Below the pieces are notes generated by a model. It ran no database searches and had not been told where the DNA came from. It saw only the letters and a program-made list of their open reading frames with translations. DNA of 64,000 nt. Source: Acutalibacteraceae bacterium (GTDB lineage: Bacteria; Bacillota; Clostridia; Oscillospirales; Acutalibacteraceae). A program made the position numbers and the translations under genes. Shown piece by piece: positions 9,566 through 18,265 of the stretch (positions are counted from its first letter, which is position 1; each line of letters opens with the position of its first letter). The DNA lies in the NCBI GenBank assembly GCA_045536495.1, contig JAZSNR010000027.1, positions 549 through 64,548 of the forward strand. Direction: 5' to 3'.

Positions 9566-10015
9566 ATGTTTAATATTATGAAAAATAAAAAAGGCTTCAC
9601 CTTGGTTGAGCTTATGATTGTTGTTGTTATTATGGCTATTCTCGTTGCAGTTGCAGTTCCTGTATTTTCTGCAGTTACAAAAAATGCAAGAATAAAAACT
9701 TGCGCCGGCAACAGAAGGGAGATTGTTTCCCAGCTCAATAACTACACTATGGGTTCAGTTGATGGAACACAGCATTTTGAAGATATGTCTTTTACAATTG
9801 AATCAGACGGTGACAAGGGAACTGTTGGTGCTACAATTTCCGGGATTACCGAAGGAAATATTAAAAAACTTTTCCACGAATTGCCTTATTGCCCTGCAGG
9901 TGACCCTGAGGCAATCGTAACCTATGAAGTTACGGTTACGAAGGTTTCCAGCGACAACGGTGAGCCTTATGCCGTGGTTGAAGTTGAATGTGACGCTGCT
10001 GAAGAGCATAATTAA
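9566..10015 (+). CDS. type IV pilin / pseudopilin, paralog of 8972-9397
   Basis: The N-terminal 45 residues are nearly identical to pilin 1 (KKGFTLVELMIVVVIMAILVAVAVP.FSAVTKNARIKTCA.NRREIVSQ). RBS GGAGGA lies before ATG 9566. The longer track ORF from 9503 is rejected. Confidence 0.9.
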   Translation: MFNIMKNKKGFTLVELMIVVVIMAILVAVAVPVFSAVTKNARIKTCAGNRREIVSQLNNYTMGSVDGTQHFEDMSFTIESDGDKGTVGATISGITEGNIKKLFHELPYCPAGDPEAIVTYEVTVTKVSSDNGEPYAVVEVECDAAEEHN

Positions 10016-10028
10016 AATTGGTTTTAAC

Positions 10029-10058
10029 AAGGCTTCCTTTCAGGAAGCTTTGTTTTTT
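10029..10058 (+). terminator. intrinsic terminator after pilin gene 2
   Basis: Stem aaggcttcc/ggaagcttt followed by a T-run. Confidence 0.7.
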
Positions 10059-10087
10059 ATTTTTCTAATTTATATAAAATATTGCTT

Positions 10088-10116
10088 TTGCAAAATAAAT
10101 ATGTTAAAATTATAGG
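10088..10116 (+). promoter_or_regulatory. putative promoter of the pseudopilin-PqqD-kinase-LCP operon
   Basis: TTGCAA, a 17-nt spacer, then TATAGG. Confidence 0.3.
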
Positions 10117-10139
10117 GATAAAAAATGAGGTGATGTAAC

Positions 10140-10736
10140 GTGTTATACAAATATTTGTCTTCTGAAAAAGGCTTTACAATGATGGAAATTTTTACAGTTG
10201 TTATTATTTTAGGCATTTTGACCGGTGTAACTGTTCCGCTGTTCAGCAGTTCTTTGAAAAAACAAAGAATAAGTGACTGCAAAAATCAGGCTATGATTAT
10301 TGAAACAACAGTTAAACAAGGGTTGTTCGGAATGTTGGATAACGGTAAAAAGCAGACCATGAAAGTAAATGGTGTGGACGAAGTCAGAATTAATTTCGCT
10401 ATGGATGAAGCTCTTGCGTATAAAAAGCAATACACGGACAAAAATAGCGTTATTCATGATGCATTTATGCTTACTTATGATAATTGCTTTACATTAGGAG
10501 CTTTGCGCGGCGGTTATAGACCGACGGGTATAGCAGATTATGATGAGGGTTGCCAACAAGGCTACTATTTGAAAAAGGAAAGGCTTGAAGACAAACCTTT
10601 TTATGCTTATTTAGATAATGAGAAAATACCGGTTTGCCCCTTTGCAGACGAAAATAATAGTCAAGGCTATTATTATTATGTACTCGAAGACGGTACAGTA
10701 GTTTGTTCCGGTAAAGAATGTAACGAAGCCAGGTAA
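10140..10736 (+). CDS. divergent prepilin-type N-terminal domain protein (minor pilin/pseudopilin-like, Cys-rich C-terminus)
   Basis: GTG start after RBS GAGGTGA. EKGFTMMEIFTVVIILGILTGVTVPLF is a class III signal. The 198-aa body is unrelated to pilins 1 and 2. Confidence 0.8.
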   Translation: MLYKYLSSEKGFTMMEIFTVVIILGILTGVTVPLFSSSLKKQRISDCKNQAMIIETTVKQGLFGMLDNGKKQTMKVNGVDEVRINFAMDEALAYKKQYTDKNSVIHDAFMLTYDNCFTLGALRGGYRPTGIADYDEGCQQGYYLKKERLEDKPFYAYLDNEKIPVCPFADENNSQGYYYYVLEDGTVVCSGKECNEAR

Positions 10737-10757
10737 GTTGCTTCTTTGGAGAAAATT

Positions 10758-11021
10758 ATGAAAATAAACGAAAACTATATTTTAAAAACTGTTGCAGGTA
10801 TGCCCGTCGTTGTTCCTGTTGGTGATGCTGTGAATAATATTCACGGAATGATTACTCTTAACGGTCCTGCAGAGATTATTTGGAAAGCTCTTGAAAACGG
10901 CAAAAGCTACGAAGAAATTGTTGCCGAAATCAAGGCGGAATATGATGCTCCCGAGGATGTTATAAAAACTGATTTGGATGCATTTCTTGAGAAGTTGAAA
11001 AAATACAGTATTTTGGAGTAA
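10758..11021 (+). CDS. PqqD-family (RRE-type peptide-binding) protein
   Basis: 87 aa. It has the small winged-helix PqqD pattern (ILKTVAG..VVVP.......ITLNGPAEIIWKAL..G.S.EEIV..I..EYD......D...FLEKL). GGAG lies 6 nt before ATG 10758. Confidence 0.75.
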   Translation: MKINENYILKTVAGMPVVVPVGDAVNNIHGMITLNGPAEIIWKALENGKSYEEIVAEIKAEYDAPEDVIKTDLDAFLEKLKKYSILE

Positions 11022-11025
11022 TACT

Positions 11026-11718
11026 TTGAAAATTAAAGTTGCTGATTTAGTTGTTGAAGCTGAAATTTACTACGATTTTTTGTTGTCGCGTCTCGGACCT
11101 TATTTGTGCGATGAAAAAGAAAAGACTGATATAAAAATTAATATTCCGAAAGAATTTTATATAGACAGTCATAAAAGAAATCCTCAAATGACTTTGGGCG
11201 AATGCGAGTGCCTTTGGAGCGGTGGTTATTTTTATGAACAGCTTACCCGATTTGGCGGAGTAATGCTACACGCATCCTGTGTTGAATACGAGGGTAAGGC
11301 GTATTTGTTTTCTGCTCGCTCGGGAACAGGAAAATCTACCCATACTCATTTATGGCTAAAACATTTACCGGGTTCGCGTATTATTAATGACGATAAGCCG
11401 GCTATCAGATGCATTGACGGTGTTTATTATGCTTACGGCACTCCCTGGAGCGGTAAGACAGATGAAAGTGTCAATATCGGTGTTCCCATCGCCGGTATTG
11501 CTTTCCTTTCAAGAGGAGAAAACAGTATAAAGAGAATTCCCGGAATAAAAGCTTTAAAGCTATTTATGGATCAAACCGTAAGACCCCGTGATAAAGCTCT
11601 TATGGGTAATATGCTTGAAATCTTAAACGGGGTTCTGACAGATATTCCTATTTACGAAATGTCCTGTGATATGTCGGAAGAGGCAGTTAAAACTGCCTAT
11701 AACGGAATGAAAGGTTAA
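11026..11718 (+). CDS. HPr-kinase-like P-loop protein (HprK-related kinase family)
   Basis: TTG start 6 nt after GGAG. LHASCVEYEGKAYLFSARSGTGKSTHT resembles the HprK C-terminal P-loop core. 230 aa, only 5 nt after the PqqD gene. Confidence 0.65.
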   Translation: MKIKVADLVVEAEIYYDFLLSRLGPYLCDEKEKTDIKINIPKEFYIDSHKRNPQMTLGECECLWSGGYFYEQLTRFGGVMLHASCVEYEGKAYLFSARSGTGKSTHTHLWLKHLPGSRIINDDKPAIRCIDGVYYAYGTPWSGKTDESVNIGVPIAGIAFLSRGENSIKRIPGIKALKLFMDQTVRPRDKALMGNMLEILNGVLTDIPIYEMSCDMSEEAVKTAYNGMKG

Positions 11719-11723
11719 TTAAA

Positions 11724-12845
11724 ATGGCTAGAAAAAGAAAAGAAAAGAAAAACAAAAAAGGCAAAAAGATTGCGCTTATAGTCCTTTGTGTTTTACTTGT
11801 GCTTTGCATCGGACTTTTTGCGGTTGGTTTTAATTATTATCAAAGCCTGAAAGATGCTCCGCCTCCTGTGGAAGATACTCTTACTTATGACTTTGACGAT
11901 GAAACTCTGCCTGAAGCTTTGGAGGATGACCCTGATTTTGATAAAATTTTTGAGGGTAATGCAACAGAGTTTAAAGCCGCTCTTCGCGAATGGGCGACCA
12001 ACGGCGGAGACATAATGTACAGTAAGGACGTTTTGAATGTTCTTTGTGTTGGCGTTGATACCCGAAATAAAAATACAATTTCAGGTCTTTCGGACTCTAT
12101 GATTCTTGTTTCCATAAATCAAAAATTGGGGACAATAACCATGACTTCGATAATGCGAGATAGCTTCGCTTATCTCGAATCTCCCGATGGAGTGGGAAGT
12201 TTTAATAAGATTAACTCTGCTTTCCCTTTTTACGGAATAGATAACCTTATCAGTACCATTCAAAACCATTTTAAAATTCGTATTGATGGCTATGCAATGA
12301 TTAACTTTTCGTTCTTTAAAGCGGTTATTGATGAATTGGGCGGAGTTACTGTTCCTGTTCAGCAGTATGAGGCCAATTTTATGAACCAGGGTTACGATTT
12401 CGGTATCGTTGCAGGTGATGCTGTTACTTTGAACGGTGATGAAGCACTTGTTTTTTGCAGAAGCAGAAGATGGGATTCCGATGGTGACGTTAGCCGAACA
12501 AGAAGACAACGACAGGTTATGGTAGGCCTTCTTCAAAAAGCGGCAACAATCCAGACTTCTGAAATTACAGGCTATATTAAGACGTTTTTACCATATTTGA
12601 AAACCAGCTATGAGGAAACTGAAATTATTTCACTTGCAACAAAAGCAGTTGTTGGCGGTTGGGCTAATTTCGATGTTCAGCAAATTGTAATGCCGGACGA
12701 GGCTTCCAGAGAGGCTCATTCAGGGGATGTCTGGTACTGGGCGGTTGATTACCCTCTTGCAGCACAAACTCTTCAAAAAACTATTTACGGATATTCCAAT
12801 ATTGATTTAGAAGAGGATAGAGTTTCACCTCTCGATATAAATTAA
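11724..12845 (+). CDS. LCP family (LytR-CpsA-Psr) glycopolymer phosphotransferase, membrane anchored
   Basis: Basic N-terminus and a TM helix, then VLCVGVDTR......SDSMILVSIN.....ITMTSIMRDS, the LCP core motif. Confidence 0.85.
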   Translation: MARKRKEKKNKKGKKIALIVLCVLLVLCIGLFAVGFNYYQSLKDAPPPVEDTLTYDFDDETLPEALEDDPDFDKIFEGNATEFKAALREWATNGGDIMYSKDVLNVLCVGVDTRNKNTISGLSDSMILVSINQKLGTITMTSIMRDSFAYLESPDGVGSFNKINSAFPFYGIDNLISTIQNHFKIRIDGYAMINFSFFKAVIDELGGVTVPVQQYEANFMNQGYDFGIVAGDAVTLNGDEALVFCRSRRWDSDGDVSRTRRQRQVMVGLLQKAATIQTSEITGYIKTFLPYLKTSYEETEIISLATKAVVGGWANFDVQQIVMPDEASREAHSGDVWYWAVDYPLAAQTLQKTIYGYSNIDLEEDRVSPLDIN

Positions 12846-12850
12846 CAAAA

Positions 12851-12900
12851 AAAAATAACGGCACAGAGTTCGGTTAAGAATTCTGTGCCCTTTGTTATTT
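12851..12900. terminator. bidirectional terminator between the LCP gene and the convergent oxidoreductase gene
   Basis: Stem ggcacaga/tctgtgcc flanked by an A-run and a T-rich run. Confidence 0.6.
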
Positions 12901-12907
12901 TATTAAA

Positions 12908-14053
12908 TCAATATTCGGGAATTTCGATTGTAACTTCTCTGCCAAGGTCGGAAGAACGAGCAATACCGTCGATAATTGCCTGATTGTAGATAATCTGGCT
13001 TGAGGGAACGGGTGCAGGAAGATTGAATTCAATAGCGTCAATGAATGAACGGATTTTCTTATCGAAGTTGTCGCCGTCATTGTCGCATTCGGGAATAACT
13101 GTTTCAACACATTCGCCTGCAATATTGTGGTAAATTGTCATAGGACCGCCGATTGAGCCGTTCCAGCATTCTGTTGAGGGGATTCTGAGACCGCCTTCTG
13201 TACCCATAATGATTGTGTCACCGGGAGTGTCGCAATGCATTGCCCATGCAATACGGAAGTCGAGAACGATGTCACCTTCAAGACGAACATAAGCAGCTGC
13301 AAAGTCGTCAACACCGAAAACCTCTGTGTATTCGGGTTTCTGGAGGTATTCAGGCTTTTTGCCGAAAAGACCTGCTTTGAAGCCTGTAACTGTGAGGGGC
13401 TTCGGATAACCGATAGCATTGAGAACCATATCAAGAGAATAGCAACCGATATCGCCGAGCGCGCCGAGACCCGCTGTATCTTCCTGAATGAAGGAGGTGC
13501 CGAAGGGAGTGGGGATACCCATTCTTCTGCCGCCACCGGTCTGAATGTAATAGATTTTACCAAGAACACCGCTTTCGCAGATTTTCTTAACCATTTTCAT
13601 ATTCTCGTCAAAACGGGGCTGGAAACCGATTGAAAGGATTTTACCGCTTTCCTTTTCAGCCTTGCAGATTTCAACAGCTTCTTCAAGAGTAACGCACATG
13701 GGTTTTTCGAGAAGAACGTGAACACCGTGCTGGAGAGCGTAAATAGCACAAGGAGCGTGCTGACGGTTATATGTACAAATTGAAACTGCATCAAGGTCTT
13801 TTTCATTGTCGATAAGCTCTTTATCGCTTAAATAGTAGTTGCCTTCAACACCGTTCTGCTTTGCAAAAGCTTCTGCCTTGCCGGGAACAAGGTCAGCAAA
13901 AGCAACAACCTCAACATCTTCGCATTTTAAGTAGCTTTTAAGGTGAGCTTCAGCAATCCAACCGCAACCGATAATGCCGACTTTGATTTTCTTGCCGTCA
14001 TAAACCTTTTTTTCTGTTTGCTTTTCTTTGAAAGCATCAAGAATGTTTGACAT
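12908..14053 (-). CDS. Gfo/Idh/MocA family oxidoreductase
   Basis: KIKVGIIGCGWIAEAHL is a Rossmann motif with the typical family layout. ATG 14053 follows GGAGG. The longer track ORF extending to 14119 is rejected. Confidence 0.85.
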   Translation of the reverse strand: MSNILDAFKEKQTEKKVYDGKKIKVGIIGCGWIAEAHLKSYLKCEDVEVVAFADLVPGKAEAFAKQNGVEGNYYLSDKELIDNEKDLDAVSICTYNRQHAPCAIYALQHGVHVLLEKPMCVTLEEAVEICKAEKESGKILSIGFQPRFDENMKMVKKICESGVLGKIYYIQTGGGRRMGIPTPFGTSFIQEDTAGLGALGDIGCYSLDMVLNAIGYPKPLTVTGFKAGLFGKKPEYLQKPEYTEVFGVDDFAAAYVRLEGDIVLDFRIAWAMHCDTPGDTIIMGTEGGLRIPSTECWNGSIGGPMTIYHNIAGECVETVIPECDNDGDNFDKKIRSFIDAIEFNLPAPVPSSQIIYNQAIIDGIARSSDLGREVTIEIPEY

Positions 14054-14363
14054 AATATACCTCCGTTCCGCTTTTGCGGGTCTTATATTATTACATATAA
14101 TATAGTATAAGATTACCACATTACGAAAATTCTTTCAATAATCAGGACGTTTTTTTCGTGAAAAACAGCCTCAAAAACTGCACAAAATCTATGTTCTGTA
14201 TATGGTGCAAATTACCAAATGCTGTTATTGAGTAAAAAAATGAGTGCACAAAACGACGTAACATTCATACTTTGTTCACATTTATACAACACCAAAACCA
14301 CAAGAATGAGTTATTATATATATGCCAATACAATACGAAGGAAATAAAAATTTCTCGTTCAAG

Positions 14364-14398
14364 AAAAGACCACCGCAAAGACACGGTGGTCTTTTCTT
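14364..14398. terminator. orphan intrinsic terminator-like hairpin in a gene-free gap
   Basis: Stem aaaagaccaccg/cggtggtctttt with flanking A and T runs. No annotated gene ends here. Confidence 0.5.
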
Positions 14399-14481
14399 GT
14401 GTTTGGATTTTATCTGTTTGTAATATTTATAATATTGCTTTTTAATGCGTGGTATTGTATTATTATAATTGAGGTGTTGGT

Positions 14482-16137
14482 ATGGTTATCTACCCCGAAT
14501 CTTTCAGCGTTAAGCCTGATACGGAAGCAACCGTGGGATTCAGAAATCTTTTTAATACATCTGCACAAACCGCAGTTAACAAAAACCTTACTCTTCCAAA
14601 GGGTAGGTATGTTTTTATGAGCAAAAATGCAGAGGAAAGAGAAATTTTAATTTCAAATACAGTGGCAGTTGATGAGTATAAAAAGGGCGAAAAGCCCAAT
14701 ATAAGAAAAATCGGTTTTGCTATTGAAAATGTCAAAAATATGGAAATCGACTGTAATGATTCCGTGTTTATTATTGATGGCAATATGACAAATGTTTTTA
14801 TAAACAATTGCGAAAATATTGTTCTTAAAAATTTGACAATAGTTACGGTTAAGCCTAATGTTCACAAGCTGACCGTTGTGAAAGCATCGCCCTTTTACGT
14901 TACCTTTAAAATTGATGAATCAAGCAACTTTAAAGAGGAAAACGGCGAATATTATTGGTATGGCACTGATTATAAAATGAATTTCACCGATTTTAAAAAC
15001 AGCGGATGGTGGATGCCTACTGCAAAACCCGACAACTATTACCATATTAAACGGAGCGGTGCACATCCTTTTCAAGGGGCTTCAAATATTCGTCAGGTAT
15101 CGGACAGAGTTTTTAATGTCAGATATCTGCTTCCCAAAAATTACGTAGAAGGTCAAGTTTTTTATGTTTTCCCGGTTATTCGCGACCAGGTGGGAATTCT
15201 TATTGATTCTTCTAAGAAAATAACATTAAAAAATGTTAAACAGCATTACAATCCTGCCCTTGCTCTTATTGCCCAGAATACAGAGGGCATAACCTTGGAA
15301 AATCTTGATTTTTCACCTCTAAAGGACAGTGAGGTGGATTTCTGTTCCCATGCGGATTTCCTTCAGTTCAGTATGTGCAGAGGGAAGATTAGTGTTAAAG
15401 ACAGCAATTTTGACGGAGCAGGGGACGATGTTTGTAATGTTCACGGAATACATTTTAAAATAACCGAGAGTAACAAAGATAAATTAACCGTGAAATTTCC
15501 TCACCCTCAAAGCTATGGCTTTTCTTGTATAAAAGAGGGGGATGTAATTGCCTTTGTCGATCCGAAAACACTGGTTGAAGTTGGCAGAACTAAAGTTTTA
15601 AAAGCAAAGCTTCGGGATAAGTACTACTATGATATTACAACTGCTACTTATGATGCACCTTTAGGAGTTGGCGGTGTAATAGAAAATGTTTCTGCTAATC
15701 CTGATTTCGAATTCAGCGGAAATACAATAAATCGAATTGTTACAAGAGGTGTTCTTGCAACAACACGCGGAAAAATAAGAATTGAAAATAATAAATTTTT
15801 AAATACGGGTATGAGCGGTGTTCTCATTTCAGATGATGCATCAAGCTGGTATGAAAGCGGTCCTGTTTGCGATGTGCAAATTCGCGGAAATGCTTTTATG
15901 AACTGCGAAGAAGATGCAATTCTTATTAAACCTGAAAACAAAAAATATAACGGACCTGTTCACAGAAATATATTAATTGAAAATAATCTTTTTGTTTTGA
16001 ATGATACCCATGCGGTAAATATTTCCTGTAGTTCGGATATTGTTTTACGAGGGAATACCTATGCAGGAAATCCTAAAAATAATAAATGGGTGGTTGCCGA
16101 CAAAGTTGAGAATATCGTGACGGACGAACCGAAGTAA
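14482..16137 (+). CDS. right-handed parallel beta-helix repeat protein (putative glycoside hydrolase, possibly GH110-like)
   Basis: 551 aa with no signal peptide. It has repeated beta-helix turns (NCENIVLKNLTI, ..GITLENLDF, IRGNAF.NC). Confidence 0.55.
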   Translation: MVIYPESFSVKPDTEATVGFRNLFNTSAQTAVNKNLTLPKGRYVFMSKNAEEREILISNTVAVDEYKKGEKPNIRKIGFAIENVKNMEIDCNDSVFIIDGNMTNVFINNCENIVLKNLTIVTVKPNVHKLTVVKASPFYVTFKIDESSNFKEENGEYYWYGTDYKMNFTDFKNSGWWMPTAKPDNYYHIKRSGAHPFQGASNIRQVSDRVFNVRYLLPKNYVEGQVFYVFPVIRDQVGILIDSSKKITLKNVKQHYNPALALIAQNTEGITLENLDFSPLKDSEVDFCSHADFLQFSMCRGKISVKDSNFDGAGDDVCNVHGIHFKITESNKDKLTVKFPHPQSYGFSCIKEGDVIAFVDPKTLVEVGRTKVLKAKLRDKYYYDITTATYDAPLGVGGVIENVSANPDFEFSGNTINRIVTRGVLATTRGKIRIENNKFLNTGMSGVLISDDASSWYESGPVCDVQIRGNAFMNCEEDAILIKPENKKYNGPVHRNILIENNLFVLNDTHAVNISCSSDIVLRGNTYAGNPKNNKWVVADKVENIVTDEPK

Positions 16138-16141
16138 AATG

Positions 16142-16166
16142 AAAAACCGTCCTATAGGACGGTTTT
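16142..16166. terminator. bidirectional intrinsic terminator
   Basis: aaaaccgtcc-tata-ggacggtttt lies between convergent genes. Confidence 0.75.
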
Positions 16167-16171
16167 CACTT

Positions 16172-16336
16172 TTATTTTACCTTGAAAGACTGGCAACAAG
16201 TTGCATCAACTGATTTTGCTTCGCAATTACAAGCGCCTACTTCAATAGCGTTTTTTGTGCAATAGTTTGCATCTTTAGCATGGTAAACGCAAGAATCAAC
16301 TGTGCAACCGATGCTGTTGTTTTTCTGTTCGTTCAT
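16172..16336 (-). CDS. DUF1540-like small Cys-rich protein (54 aa; below the ORF-track cutoff)
   Basis: Manual translation gives MNEQKNNSIGCTVDSCVYHAKDANYCTKNAIEVGACNCEAKSVDATCCQSFKVK. RBS GGAGG. Confidence 0.7.
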   Translation of the reverse strand: MNEQKNNSIGCTVDSCVYHAKDANYCTKNAIEVGACNCEAKSVDATCCQSFKVK

Positions 16337-16429
16337 AATTCCAACCTCCTATTAATATAGGTATACGAAATTAATCCGTTACCTATATTATTATGGGTAG
16401 ATTTTTTAAAAATAATCAGAGGTATTAAA

Positions 16430-16957
16430 ATGAAAAAAGAAAATGTGATTAAAAGCTGTTATTCTGTTTTGAGAAAAACTACACCTTTAAATTTTGATTG
16501 CGGAAAAATTTGCAACGGCAAATGCTGTAAAGGTGATGAAAAAACGGGAATGTTACTTTTTCCCGGTGAAGAAAACCTTATTGATACTAATATAAATATA
16601 ATAGAAAATGAACAAGGTGATAAATTGGCGGTTTGTAATGGCAGTTGCGACAGAAATCGCCGTCCGCTGTCCTGCAGGATTTATCCGCTGTTTCCTGTTC
16701 TTTGGGAGGAAGATGGAAAGTCTGGAGTAAAAATTGTTTTTGATTTCAGAGCTGACTGTCCATTGTCAGAAGGGGAATATGATTTTAACAGAAGGTTTGT
16801 TAAAGCGGTAAAAAGAGTTGGTAAATATCTTCTCATGAATGAAGAAACAGCCGCTTATTATAAAGAGCTTTCCAATATGCATAAGGAGCATTTTGAATTA
16901 ATAAAAAAATTTCAAGAAAATTTTAAAAAAAGTGTTGACAAAAGTTTAACCGTCTGA
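16430..16957 (+). CDS. YkgJ-type cysteine-cluster (putative Zn/Fe-chelating) protein
   Basis: The CGKICNGKCC motif plus CRIYPLFP is typical of the UPF0153/YkgJ family. Confidence 0.55.
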   Translation: MKKENVIKSCYSVLRKTTPLNFDCGKICNGKCCKGDEKTGMLLFPGEENLIDTNINIIENEQGDKLAVCNGSCDRNRRPLSCRIYPLFPVLWEEDGKSGVKIVFDFRADCPLSEGEYDFNRRFVKAVKRVGKYLLMNEETAAYYKELSNMHKEHFELIKKFQENFKKSVDKSLTV

Positions 16958-16963
16958 TATATT
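16935..16963 (+). promoter_or_regulatory. putative promoter of the Fur/PerR-rubrerythrin operon
   Basis: TTGACA, a 17-nt spacer, then TATATT. Confidence 0.5.
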
Positions 16964-16970
16964 ATAACTG

Positions 16971-16993
16971 TAAATAGTAATCGTTACTATTTA
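16971..16993. promoter_or_regulatory. perfect 10-3-10 palindrome; candidate Fur/PerR operator
   Basis: taaatagtaa-tcg-ttactattta lies immediately downstream of the -10 box and upstream of the Fur-family gene. Confidence 0.45.
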
Positions 16994-17017
16994 GAAATAG
17001 CGAAAGGAGATGGTTAT

Positions 17018-17389
17018 ATGAGGAGCTCCCGGCAGAGAGATGCGGTTCTTGATATTTTGAAGGTTTCTTGCGACCACCCTACCGCAGACGTTATTTACGA
17101 ACGAGTTAAGGAAAAAATCCCAAATATCAGTTTAGGAACTGTTTACAGGAATTTGGGTCAGCTTCATGACGAAGGTCTTATAACCGTCATCGAAAGCAGC
17201 GACAAAAAGGTTCATTACGAAGGAAACCTTCAGGACCACATTCATTTTTTGTGTAAGAAATGCGATGTTATTACAGACATTTTTTGTAAAAATGAAGTTC
17301 CCAAGGTTTTTGATAATTTAGGTCATCTGGTTGAATCCCAGAAAACAGTTTATTACGGAATCTGCAAAGATTGCCGCGATAATATATAA
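17018..17389 (+). CDS. Fur family transcriptional regulator (PerR-like by context)
   Basis: Pattern QR..VL..L......HPTADVIYE.V.....NISLGTVYRNL with C-terminal CxxC pairs. Confidence 0.85.
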   Translation: MRSSRQRDAVLDILKVSCDHPTADVIYERVKEKIPNISLGTVYRNLGQLHDEGLITVIESSDKKVHYEGNLQDHIHFLCKKCDVITDIFCKNEVPKVFDNLGHLVESQKTVYYGICKDCRDNI

Positions 17390-17431
17390 AAATGTATTTA
17401 ATTAAAAGTTTATTTAAAGGAGTTTATTATT

Positions 17432-17980
17432 ATGAAAAAATGGAAATGCTTAGTATGCGGTCAGATCGTTGAAGGCGAAAATCCCCCTGCAGCTTGCCCT
17501 CTTTGCAAAGCTCCCGCAGAAAAATTTGTTGAAGTAGTAGAAGAAGAAATGACTTGGGCAGCAGAGCATGTTCTCGGCGTTGCTAAAGGTGTTAGCGAAG
17601 AAATTATTGAAGGTCTCCGCGCAAACTTCAACGGCGAATGCACAGAGGTTGGTATGTACCTTGCAATGGCAAGAGTTGCTCACAGAGAAGGCTACCCCGA
17701 AATCGGTCTTTACTGGGAAAAAGCTGCTTATGAAGAGGCAGAACACGCTGCAAAATTTGCAGAGCTTCTCGGCGAAATGGTAACAGATTCCACAAAGAAA
17801 AACCTTGAAATGAGAGTTGAAGCAGAAAACGGTGCAACACTCGGCAAATTTGAGCTTGCTAAGATGGCTAAGGAGCAGAACCTTGACGCTATCCACGATA
17901 CAGTTCATGAGATGGCTCGTGACGAAGCAAGACACGGCAAGGCATTCGAAGGTCTTCTTAAGAGATATTTTGGTGAATAA
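17432..17980 (+). CDS. reverse rubrerythrin (N-terminal rubredoxin-like domain, C-terminal di-iron ferritin-like domain)
   Basis: WKCLVCGQ...CPLCKAP comes first, followed by E..H di-iron ligand motifs. Confidence 0.88.
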   Translation: MKKWKCLVCGQIVEGENPPAACPLCKAPAEKFVEVVEEEMTWAAEHVLGVAKGVSEEIIEGLRANFNGECTEVGMYLAMARVAHREGYPEIGLYWEKAAYEEAEHAAKFAELLGEMVTDSTKKNLEMRVEAENGATLGKFELAKMAKEQNLDAIHDTVHEMARDEARHGKAFEGLLKRYFGE

Positions 17981-18029
17981 TTGATTTCTATTTCCCTATA
18001 ATATATAAAAAAGAGTAGGAGTGAGATCA

Positions 18030-18182
18030 ATGAAGTTTGAATGTCCTTGCGGTTATGTCTATGACCCTGTAAAAGGCGACCCCGACAACGGCGTTGCTCC
18101 CGGCACTGCTTGGGAAGATGTACCTGAAGATTGGGTTTGTCCCATATGCAGTCTTGGAAAAGAAGTCTTTTACGAGGTTTAA
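18030..18182 (+). CDS. rubredoxin (50 aa; below the ORF-track cutoff)
   Basis: Manual translation gives [57 protein letters not shown]. Confidence 0.88.
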   Translation: MKFECPCGYVYDPVKGDPDNGVAPGTAWEDVPEDWVCPICSLGKEVFYEV

Positions 18183-18265
18183 TATATAAACAAGCCGACG
18201 GAGCTGCGGTTTCGTCGGCTTTCGTGGAATAAAAATTGATTTACATATTTTGGGAGAATTGGAAA

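Noticed and set aside
10746-11718. A lasso-peptide or other RiPP biosynthetic cluster, suggested by PqqD plus an HprK-like kinase
   Set aside because: The window contains no asparagine-synthetase-like cyclase, transglutaminase-like leader protease, radical SAM/SPASM maturase, ABC exporter or small precursor ORF. The pair is therefore reported as an uncharacterised module instead.
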